Shown piece after piece: positions 9,719 to 17,926 of a stretch of 64,000 nucleotides of DNA. The first letter of the stretch is position 1. Each line of letters starts with the position of its first letter. A model generated the notes under the pieces. That model did not search any database. It was not told the DNA's origin and was given only the letters and a program-made list of their open reading frames with translations. A program made the position numbers and the translations under genes. Source of the stretch: Candidatus Poribacteria bacterium (lineage in GTDB: Bacteria > Poribacteria > WGA-4E > WGA-3G); NCBI GenBank assembly GCA_965205015.1, contig OZ242029.1:608001-672000 (forward strand). The letters run 5' to 3'.

Positions 9719-9906
9719 GTGACGTGCGGAAGTCAAGTGGGACGGGAAAAGTGACGTTTTTTCGGCATTTTTTTCTCCGCGGGTTTTCCGTCGGCTTCGG
9801 TTATCGGGGTATTCCGGAATATTGTTGTTATCAATGGACAGAGGAGCTACCCGTTTTTCGCAGCTTCGCACGGGAGTCCTCTCCTTTGAGAAAACGTTAT
9901 ATATAC

Positions 9907-9935
9907 ATTATACGATTTCAAACAATATGGGTCAA
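9907..9935 (-). promoter_or_regulatory. Sigma70-type promoter facing the RpnS-like gene
   Basis: TTGACC-17 nt-TATAAT. Confidence 0.65.
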
Positions 9936-10149
9936 GTTAATTTGGAGTAAGTATATCTGATATTTACCACAGTTATCATGAAGTCAATGATACTACAGAG
10001 ATAGCAGGTATCGCCAATATTCTATTAGCGAAAACTGAATGGCTCTGGCTAGACAGTGTGGGCATTCTTAAAAGCAAGATGTGAAAAATAACGAGGAAGA
10101 TGATTGGTAGAACTGCGCCTATTTAGATTGAAACCTTCCACATTTTTCC

Positions 10150-10178
10150 TTGAAAAAAAGCCCAAAAACCGCTATACT
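10150..10178 (+). promoter_or_regulatory. Sigma70-type promoter (copy B unit)
   Basis: TTGAAA-17 nt-TATACT; equivalent site at 12714-12741 has a 16-nt spacer and TG. Confidence 0.7.
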
Positions 10179-10182
10179 CTCT

Positions 10183-10313
10183 ATATCACGTTGGCAGACA
10201 TAATCGGCGTTACCGCCCCCTGCCCAGTAACGGGTGGGGACCCCGGTGACGTGTCTGCCTCCCACCGATTAGGGGATAAAAGCGTGAGCGTGAGCGTCAA
10301 CAGATACTTTTGA
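10183..10313 (+). promoter_or_regulatory. Structured 5' leader RNA plus uORF MSVSVNRYF (copy B)
   Basis: Pairings TCACGTT/AGCGTGA, GGCAGACA/TGTCTGCC, TAATCGG/CCGATTA, CGTTAC/GTAACG, TCCC/GGGA. GTG 10284 to TGA 10313 overlaps TTG 10310. Confidence 0.75.
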
Positions 10314-10447
10314 AAGACAATCGTGAAAGCGAACAGAATAGATCCTCTATGTTCACAGTCCGAGACGCTGAAAGCGCGATGATCGCGTTGACAAGTTTCT
10401 CGATTGCTGTTATCGCTGGAGTCTTTTTATACAATCTTCTCATCGTA

Positions 10448-11856
10448 CTAAAGTTTGGACAATATTGTAAGTTTCAAGCTGCTTTGTCGAAAGGTAGCGT
10501 GGTATCGTGTTCAGATATGGGATGAATATTCTGTGAGTTGGTCTCTTCTTGGGAACTCGCAGAATATTCCAACGCTCTGAGGTGCGACTGTAAATAAGCG
10601 ACCCGTAACCCTTGGGTCAAGTGCTTCGGATGATACCAATGAATCCCGAGATGCTCGCAGACCTCTTTGACGCTCACGCGATCCGAGGGATACCGAGACC
10701 CAAACTTCAAGAAGACCAACTTCGTCAGAGACGCTGCGACGAAACTCAGCTGCACGAAGCGATTGATGCTTTTGCGAGACTTGACCCGATAGGCATCAAA
10801 TCCGAAATGCTGCTTGACATCTCGAAACGCTGTTTCTATCTGCCACCTCTGCCGGTAGTATTCAACGATCTTCGGGAGCTCCAAGGTCATATCTGTTGTA
10901 AAGACACAGAAATACCGATACGGTTTTGAGGGTTTGACTCGGGTGCGTATCACGACGAGTCGGACGTCTGTCGGACACATTTTCGTCCGAACGACCTCTG
11001 AGGCGACCTGATACGTTTTTTCCAGGATGCAAACGTCTTGATACCGTAAGCGTTGGATGTTCAAACGGTCTCCATATTTCTTCGGACGCCCGCGCTGGGG
11101 GCGCTTCGGACGTTTCGGTAAACGATAAAACACCGCATTTGACTTCGCACGACACAACAGATGATGTCCGAGTTCCAAGAGCATTTCAAAGACTTTTCGG
11201 CGGCAGAACCCTCTATCAAAGAGGATCAACCCCCGGGGGAGCTTTGAACAGATACGTTTCAACACCGCATCACCTTTGTCCCGGAGCGTCTGAGGTGCAA
11301 TGAGTTTCACCCAGACCGGAAACAGCAACCAATCTGCCGCTGTCTCGCAGAGTAAACCTAATGCCCCAAACTCGTGTCCGAAGTGAAACTTTGATTGATT
11401 CACGCGATGTTTACCGTGATAACTGAAGTTGCGGAAAAAATGTAAACCCCATTGGGTTTTACCCGTCTTCAAGGCTTTGGTGGCATCATAGACGTAAACC
11501 CAGTCGGCAAACACGCCCTGGAGCCTTTTCATCAGGCACGCAGCAACCGCATCGGTATCCCATTTGCCCCGGGAAAGAAACTTCGGAAACGACCAATAGC
11601 GTGTCGCGGATCCACTCGACTGATACAGGTGCGTCAGGCTGCCTCCAGGCGGTTGAGTCATAAACCCAAAAATAAATGCTTGAAAAAGCGCAAAGTTTTG
11701 GGAGTTGAACAAATGACGAAAATCCGATACAATACTTTCTAAGTGGAGAAGCAGGGGCATTTTTGCCTTCCTTTCAAAACAGTGGTATGTTTATGAAAGG
11801 ATACCTGCTTTTCTGCTTTCAAACATCTTAATTCTTTAAAATTGTCCAAACTTTAG
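10448..11856 (-). mobile_element. IS4/IS701-like insertion sequence (1409 bp)
   Basis: 16-bp perfect TIR CTAAAGTTTGGACAAT; 8-bp TSD TCATCGTA at 10440-10447 and 11857-11864. Confidence 0.95.
10474..11760 (-). CDS. DDE transposase (IS4/IS701 superfamily)
   Basis: YDAT, FDRGF, YRQRWQIETAFRDVKQ (YREK-type motif). Confidence 0.92.
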   Translation of the reverse strand: MPLLLHLESIVSDFRHLFNSQNFALFQAFIFGFMTQPPGGSLTHLYQSSGSATRYWSFPKFLSRGKWDTDAVAACLMKRLQGVFADWVYVYDATKALKTGKTQWGLHFFRNFSYHGKHRVNQSKFHFGHEFGALGLLCETAADWLLFPVWVKLIAPQTLRDKGDAVLKRICSKLPRGLILFDRGFCRRKVFEMLLELGHHLLCRAKSNAVFYRLPKRPKRPQRGRPKKYGDRLNIQRLRYQDVCILEKTYQVASEVVRTKMCPTDVRLVVIRTRVKPSKPYRYFCVFTTDMTLELPKIVEYYRQRWQIETAFRDVKQHFGFDAYRVKSRKSINRFVQLSFVAASLTKLVFLKFGSRYPSDRVSVKEVCEHLGIHWYHPKHLTQGLRVAYLQSHLRALEYSASSQEETNSQNIHPISEHDTTLPFDKAA

Positions 11857-12290
11857 TCATCGTAGGGAATAGCACCTTAAAATCCGTCAGTGTTGTGCTT
11901 GGTAATGTTTCAAACATTCTGTCAGCAGCAACACTGCTGACGATACTTGAAGAAGGAATCAGTCTCATGTTTTACCGAATCAGACTCGCTCTCAAAGAAG
12001 AAAGCGAAATCAAAGAACAGGGTCGCCAAGAAGCTTACCAAGAAGTGTCCGACTGGAACCGTCGCCGTCTTGAGGCAGAAGCCCGTGGCGAAACTTTTAC
12101 AGAGCCACCGCCGGGACACGATTCCCTGAAACCCAGAAAGAAAAAACGTTTCATCTTTTTCTGATGCTTTCAGAGTCTTGAAGCCGAAGCCCCTAAACGT
12201 AGCCGAACGGTTATCGCTTGAGCATTCTAACGTTGGAACTCAATTCAGCGAAAGACAAGTATTGTAAATCCACTGGAGATTTAGGTATTG

Positions 12291-12386
12291 ATGTTCTGGT
12301 TAATCGAATTTTTAGAAGCAAAAGATAACGCAATAATAGCATTTTCCGCTCTGATAACAGCAATTGCCACTGGTGTTCTCGCTGTT
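12291..12386 (+). pseudogene. 5' fragment of a membrane-anchored hypothetical gene, cut by an IS3 end
   Basis: MFWLIEFLEAKDNAIIAFSALITAIATGVLAV runs directly into the TG terminus of the IS3 remnant. Confidence 0.5.
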
Positions 12387-12600
12387 TGTAGTGCATACGC
12401 TTATTTAGACCACAATTTCGCAAAGTTAAGAGAAGGTTCGTTTCCCTTGAAATTCCATAGGCGTCAAAGACCCTAACGCCGAATGCGGGCGTTTCTGATT
12501 ATAGACGTGTGTGATAAAATGCCCAATACGGGCTCTCGCTTCGTAGATGTCCTCAGAGTCGTTGAGGTGAACTTCTTCCTCCTTGAGGGTTCTGATAAAT
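12387..12600 (-). mobile_element. IS3-family right-end remnant
   Basis: Minus strand encodes FIRTLKEEEVHLNDSEDIYEARARIGHFITHVYNQKRPHSALG...* then ...GCGTATGCACTACA terminus; homologous to the 3' end of the 15466-16283 remnant. Confidence 0.85.
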
Positions 12601-12604
12601 TCCT

Positions 12605-13110
12605 AGGACTGTGTAGGCATTCTCAAAAGCAAGATATGAAAAATGTGAAAAATAACGAGGAAGATGATTAGTAGAACTGCGCCTGTTTAGATTGAAATCT
12701 TCCACATTTTTCCTTGAAAAAAGCCCAAAAACTGTTATACTATTTATATCATGTTGGCAGACATAATCGGCGTTACCGCCCCTTCCCAGTAACGGGTGGG
12801 GACCCCGGTGACGTGTCTGCCTCCCATCGATTAGGGGATAAAAGCGTGAGAGTCAACAGATACTTTTGAAAGACAACCGCGAAAGCGAACAGAACAGATA
12901 TTCACTATTCACAGTCCGAGATGCCGAGCATGCGATGTTTGTATTTTCAGTCTTCGCAGTTGCTATTGTTGTCGGAATTTTCTCGTTTGAATTACTGATT
13001 AGAGGTAGTGGTATTTTGAAGTCTCTTGGTGTTGTACTTGGCAATGTCTCAAGTGTTTTGTCAGGATCAACACTGCTAACAATCTTTGAAGAAGGAATTA
13101 ATCTTATGTT
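12605..13110 (+). repeat. Diverged duplicate of 10050-10447 plus 11865-11970 (promoter, leader, N-terminal coding part)
   Basis: Near-identical blocks such as AAATAACGAGGAAGATGATT and TTCCACATTTTTCCTTGAAAAAA, and the leader RNA. Confidence 0.9.
12746..12869 (+). promoter_or_regulatory. Structured 5' leader RNA plus uORF MRVNRYF (copy C)
   Basis: Same helices as copy B with G-U-compatible changes (TCATGTT, TCGATTA); a 6-nt indel keeps the uORF frame; TGA overlaps TTG 12866. Confidence 0.75.
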
Positions 13111-13327
13111 TTTCCGTCGTGCCCGAGAAGAACGCGCAAAACTGAAAGAAGAACGCGAAGCAGTTGAAGCAGCACGCGCATCACTTGAAAAAGAAACGAA
13201 ACAGTTAGAAGAACTCAAAGCAGAGTTAAGTCAAGCGGCTTCTAACGTAGGTACCGGAACATCCAAAGCAGGTAACGTTGAATCTGATACAAAACCGCCG
13301 GAACAGTCCACAAAGCCTAAGAATTAG
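12866..13327 (+). CDS. Two-TM membrane protein paralog 2 with coiled-coil tail (intact)
   Basis: Two hydrophobic segments, EEGINLMF, then a charged helical tail. Confidence 0.8.
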   Translation: MKDNRESEQNRYSLFTVRDAEHAMFVFSVFAVAIVVGIFSFELLIRGSGILKSLGVVLGNVSSVLSGSTLLTIFEEGINLMFFRRAREERAKLKEEREAVEAARASLEKETKQLEELKAELSQAASNVGTGTSKAGNVESDTKPPEQSTKPKN

Positions 13328-13359
13328 TCCGTTTTTTTGAATGCCAGGAGACGTATATC

Positions 13360-13576
13360 GTGCCGACTGATGAACTTTATGAATTAATGCAGCGTGGTTT
13401 CGATCACATACAGAGGCAGTTAGACGAAATCAAAGAGACACTTAAGAGTATTGACGAACACTTGCACAAGGTTGAGACAGATCAAAGGCAGATGTCTCGC
13501 AATGAAAGACTGGTTTGTTTTTGCCTGTGCTATTGATGCTTTAATAGTATCAATCATAACTGAAGTGCATAAATAG
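13360..13576 (+). pseudogene. Small coiled-coil protein with probably frameshifted C-terminal TM anchor
   Basis: AGGAG then GTG: MPTDELYELMQRGFDHIQRQLDEIKETLKSIDEHLHKVETD, stop at 13536. An alternate frame continues MKDWFVFACAIDALIVSIITEVHK*. Confidence 0.5.
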
Positions 13577-14151
13577 GTGGCAACTTGCGTTAGGATTTAC
13601 ATACTCGTGCCTTACAACTCCAGCGCGGCTATCTTCAGACGAAACACACGAGAACGATGCACCGACGACGCAATCTACACACCGTAATTAGAAGCATCTT
13701 GAACAGCATGCAATTTATGTTACCAATCACCGCGCGCGGGCTGTACTTGACAGCCCTCCCGGCTCAGACTATGCCATTTAATCACTCAACAAGTATTACC
13801 CCCCCCCTCAAAATTAACCTCGCATTCGTTTCAAATTACACTGATTTCTCTCTGGTTTCCCGCGCAACATCGGGACACCCCGCACACAAACACACCTCTT
13901 TTTATGAAACGCAACAAATCTTTGGTACGCGACACCAAGCGTTTGCCGAACGGGTTTTTGCTGCTTGGTTTTTTCTTGGCGGTCAGGTTTCCTTATATGT
14001 GAAAAGATGGAGTTTTCAGATGCAGATTTAAAGATTTAACTGAGGAGTGCTGACTCCCCAGACCGGATAGCAGAGGTTTGCAACTGCGCTTGTTTTACAA
14101 TGCATCAGCAATTAAAGATTTTACGATAATCAACTGGAGTTCAATACAATA

Positions 14152-14469
14152 ATGAAGCAACACGACCTTTGGGTTCCTACCCTTAAAGCTGATTGGTTTC
14201 GAGATTTGATGAAGTTCTTAGATGGCACCTGCGGAGACGTAACACTTGGTGCAATGCGCGACCATATAGGGCGCGAGGCAAACCTTGGACCGCTTGACTT
14301 TATGTTAGCGTGTAATCATGCATTCCACGCCGGGATACTCCAAGAGGATGTCCGTGGTGTGGTCCACTTTAACACTGATACCCTTGACACTATTATTGAG
14401 CGCGCCGATGCCAAGGGCAGCACTGAATACATCTCTGTTGAATGCGTCAAACCGGATTGCAAGGATTAA
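14152..14469 (+). CDS. Hypothetical protein
   Basis: 105-aa ORF after GGAG; no family recognised. Confidence 0.55.
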   Translation: MKQHDLWVPTLKADWFRDLMKFLDGTCGDVTLGAMRDHIGREANLGPLDFMLACNHAFHAGILQEDVRGVVHFNTDTLDTIIERADAKGSTEYISVECVKPDCKD

Positions 14470-14525
14470 TGCGTTTACTGACGGGATAGGACGATTGTGA
14501 ATCGCGCGAATTCGCCGGAGAAAAT

Positions 14526-14900
14526 ATGGAATGGATAACCCTTCATCAAAAATGTTATGAACGTTTTGAAGAGCGCATGCAAGCGATGCACCGTTACCTC
14601 GTTACTCGTCCAACGGACTTTGACGGTTTGGCAGTCAAGCAGTACGTCTTTCGACAGGCGCAGGAGATGCTGACTCGCTATCGAGAATCTATCGACAGAA
14701 AAGATTTTACAGCCTGCGTTGTGTTGCGCAGAGGTTTAGAGAGTGGGTCGCCTTTTCTTGAGCATTACCTCGCCGCAGTGAATATACAAGTAACGAACCG
14801 CGGTACCGAGTATAATCGCGATCCGGAATTTCCGAAGCTTAAGCCTATATGGCCAGAACACAAGAGAGTGGACGATGATGCATGTGATTGGAATCCATGA
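14526..14900 (+). CDS. Hypothetical protein
   Basis: 124-aa ORF with GGAG RBS; no family recognised. Confidence 0.6.
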   Translation: MEWITLHQKCYERFEERMQAMHRYLVTRPTDFDGLAVKQYVFRQAQEMLTRYRESIDRKDFTACVVLRRGLESGSPFLEHYLAAVNIQVTNRGTEYNRDPEFPKLKPIWPEHKRVDDDACDWNP

Positions 14901-15096
14901 GGATGATGGCAAACCGGTTTATGCTGAACTTGGCAAGGTGGAGCGGGTGACCCACATTGCGCTCAGGAATAGAATCAGTTGGCGAGCATGTTATGAAATC
15001 TTGCACCGCCTTGACCGTGATCCCAATTATGAATTACGATGGTTGCAAACCGATAGCGGTTATACGGATGCTGTTTGTATTAGCAAAGCAAAGTGA
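14875..15096 (+). CDS. Hypothetical protein
   Basis: 73-aa ORF overlapping the upstream ORF, operon-like. Confidence 0.45.
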   Translation: MMHVIGIHEDDGKPVYAELGKVERVTHIALRNRISWRACYEILHRLDRDPNYELRWLQTDSGYTDAVCISKAK

Positions 15097-15144
15097 ACCT
15101 ACGAAACACTTTTACCATAATAGGATTGATATAACTGTCCAGAT

Positions 15145-15284
15145 GTAGGTTGGGTTGAGCGGGAAAGGTAAAAAACCATCAAACTACCAACGAAAGTTAG
15201 GTTTTTCAATGACGTGTTCGTATAAATGCAGATAGTGAAACCCAACGTCTCAACCGCTGCAGCGATAAACTGTTGGGTTTCACT
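15145..15284. repeat. REPIN/MITE-like element (GTAG type), partial
   Basis: GTAGGTTGGGTTGAGC...AGTGAAACCCAAC / GTTGGGTTTCACT inverted pair. Confidence 0.6.
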
Positions 15285-15465
15285 CGTATTTGGGTGATTT
15301 CAAGCTTCTGTATAAATAGTGAAAGCCATTTCGCCGTGCAATTTCTAACGCAATACGTAGTTTTGGACTTGGTAAATTACTTATTACAATGTTTTATTCT
15401 AATATGGATTCTCGTTTCAAAACCTTAAGAATCCCCCCGAAAGTTGCCTCTATTTTTCCTTTTGG

Positions 15466-16283
15466 AATTTGTGACATCCTCGATTTCAACCGCAGCAGTT
15501 TCTATTATCAACCAAGAACGGATCCGTCTGAAGACGTCCTGCGCGCTGAAATAGAGAAACTTGCGGGACGGTATCCAAGATACGGGTATAGGCGTATCAC
15601 ACAGTTACTGGTGCGTCAGGGATACACTGTTGGCACCCGGCGCGTCGCTCGGTTGATGAAAGAAATGAATCTCTTGGTCGCCATCAAGCGTGCGTGTCAA
15701 ACAACAAGATCGCTTCAGGGGGAGAAACCTTGGAGCAATCTGCTTGAAACCCTTGAAGTCTCTCATCAGGATCAGGTCTGGGTGGCAGATATTACCTATG
15801 TGCGTCTCAACCGACGTTTCGTCTATGTCTGCCTCCTCATGGATGTTTTCACTCGGATGATCAGAGCATGGCAGCTCAGTCAGCACTTGAACCAATCTCT
15901 GACGCTCAAACCGCTCCAAGAAGCATTACGCCAAAGCGTCCCTGAGACTCATCATTCCGATCAAGGCGTACAGTATTTTTCAAAAGCTTATATTACCACG
16001 CTCCAAGCACATGGCGTTGAGATTTCCGTCGCAGAGCGCGGACGGCCTTGGGAGAACGGATATGCTGAAAGACTCATCCGCACCCTCAAAGAGGAAGAAG
16101 TTCACCTCAATGACTATCAAAGCATCACCGAGGCGAGAGATCGCATCGGACAGTTTATCACACAGGTGTATCATCTCAAACGCCCACATTCGGCGTTGAG
16201 ATATCTAACATCCATGGAATTTGAGAGGCAAAACTTGTCTTAACTTTACCGAAATTGCGGCCCTAATTAGCGTTGGCACTTCA
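15466..16283 (+). mobile_element. IS3-family remnant (OrfB integrase core plus IRR; OrfA and IRL missing)
   Basis: ICDILDFNRSSFYY, YGYRRI, WVADITY, HHSDQGVQY, WENGYAERLIRTLK; stop at 16243; ends ...GCGTTGGCACTTCA. Confidence 0.88.
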
Positions 16284-16684
16284 TTGTGTTGTCTCTGACA
16301 TACTCGTTTCCTGTTTAAAGTCGTATTTCCGCATTCCACGAATTACACAATAACCGAGATTATACCCTCACAGGCTTTTTCTGTCAACACTTTACAAGGC
16401 ATTTACCAGAGGCATTCAGTTTTCGGTGGAGTGTTAGAAGAATGAAGTGATAGGAACCTGTATGAGAGCAATCAAAAATAAATTTGCATTGCCAAATTAT
16501 ATATGTTATTATATATTACATATTATTATATGTGATGTAAACTTAAATAGACATCCAGGAACACCAAAGGAAAATGTTACACTTTTGCCAAATTATTTTT
16601 TTTTTCGCGGCAGGACCTCAATCTTGAAAACGTCTCGGAACTCAGACGGTACCTAAGGTTATGGATATTTACCGCTCCACCTGC

Positions 16685-16706
16685 AATGTTACACTGGTGT
16701 AACATT
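16685..16706. promoter_or_regulatory. Perfect operator-like palindrome upstream of comF
   Basis: AATGTTACAC-TG-GTGTAACATT; extra half-site AATGTTACAC near 16573. Confidence 0.5.
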
Positions 16707-16866
16707 TTAAGGCATCAATAGGGGCACAATGCATTACATTCAGGAGTTACATAAGGCGCAATAAATCGCGCTACTACGAACCGGAGCCTCTACCTGTTAC
16801 TGGGAAGAGCAGCACTTTTGAGAACCATCCGTATTTTGAAGATGTATTTGTTGAAGGTAGCGTTTC

Positions 16867-17619
16867 ATGGGACCAAAATCGATCGGCTTGCACATTCCCC
16901 GTTTATTACGGGATATGTCCGAAACGGCAATAACCTTCCTCTACCCGGCAGAATGTCGGGTTTGTAAGGAATTTCTTGGGGCTACGTCTATCCCTTATAT
17001 CTGCAACAGCTGCTGGCAGGATATCCAATTCCTCGAACCGCCGTGGTGCGATATATGTGGGACGCTGGGTATCAAGGGACTTTGTGATGCGTGCGCGATC
17101 ACGCCGCCACGCTACGGTAAACTGAGATCCATAGCGTTTTATCAGACGACACTCCAACAGGCAATACATTTCTTTAAATTTGAAAAGAAAAAGGCGTTTG
17201 CTGGACACCTGATTCAACTGATAAATGCTCACATCCCTTTGGACTGTAGCATCGCCGAATACGACTTTATCTTGCCCGTTCCAATCCATAAGAAACGGCT
17301 GCGGGAACGCGGTTTCAATCAGGCAACGCTCCTTGCCAACGGGATTGCGAAAGCAGCAGAGGTGCCAGTTCGCACAGACACATTGATTCGGCATCGGCAT
17401 ACAGTCGCACAAAGCAGCCTGGATAGAGAAACACGCCAGCAGAATCTTATTGGTGCTTTCAAAATCCAGAATCCAGATATTATCCGTGGCAAGCGACTCC
17501 TAATCTTTGACGATGTTTTCACTACCGGTGCCACGATTCGTGAAGCCGTGAGTGAACTCTGGACTGCGGATCCCGCCGAGATCGATGTGCTAACACTGGC
17601 GAGAACCTTAAATGCATAG
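16867..17619 (+). CDS. comF: ComF family protein (double Zn ribbon plus PRTase)
   Basis: Four CxxC pairs, PVPIHKKRLRERGFNQA, IFDDVFTTGAT. Confidence 0.92.
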   Translation: MGPKSIGLHIPRLLRDMSETAITFLYPAECRVCKEFLGATSIPYICNSCWQDIQFLEPPWCDICGTLGIKGLCDACAITPPRYGKLRSIAFYQTTLQQAIHFFKFEKKKAFAGHLIQLINAHIPLDCSIAEYDFILPVPIHKKRLRERGFNQATLLANGIAKAAEVPVRTDTLIRHRHTVAQSSLDRETRQQNLIGAFKIQNPDIIRGKRLLIFDDVFTTGATIREAVSELWTADPAEIDVLTLARTLNA

Positions 17620-17926
17620 AGAATATGTTGGGTTCACTCGTCCCTTGTGATTTCAAGCTTCTTGATGAATTTGAGAGTTAATTGCTCTGTGCAATTTTTA
17701 AGAATTTACGAACGAGGTTACCCCCAAATTGACAAAATCGTGAAACTTTTTTACCAACATTGCGTTTACACAATATTAGTTATCAGCAGTTATTCACAAG
17801 AGGCACTCGGATTATCAGAAATCTTTTTAACGGATAATTCTCACTGCGAAGCAGACTGAAAAAAACGCTCTGATAACTATCCCTCCTTGGGATAATTACC
17901 TAAATACACAGTGGGAGGTCAAACCT

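Larger units (their letters stand above)
10310..12164 (+). pseudogene. Two-TM membrane protein paralog 1, split by IS
   Basis: Removing the IS and one TSD gives in-frame MKDNRESEQNR...YNLLIVGNSTLKSVSVVLGNVS...EEGISLMF...WNRRRLEAEARGETFTEPPPG, colinear with 12866-13327. Confidence 0.85.

Noticed and set aside
10183-10283. HDV-like ribozyme
   Set aside because: Helix order is superficially similar, but the 3-bp P3, P1.1 GG, P4 and catalytic C-A junction are absent. The SD/uORF geometry points to translation control instead.
15389-15465. Start of an intact IS3 transposase
   Set aside because: The first ~26 codons are AT-rich flank; OrfA and the left inverted repeat are missing.
16673-16684. 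12-nt match (CGCTCCACCTGC) to the tnpB right-end region
   Set aside because: Too short, with no flanking similarity; compatible with chance.
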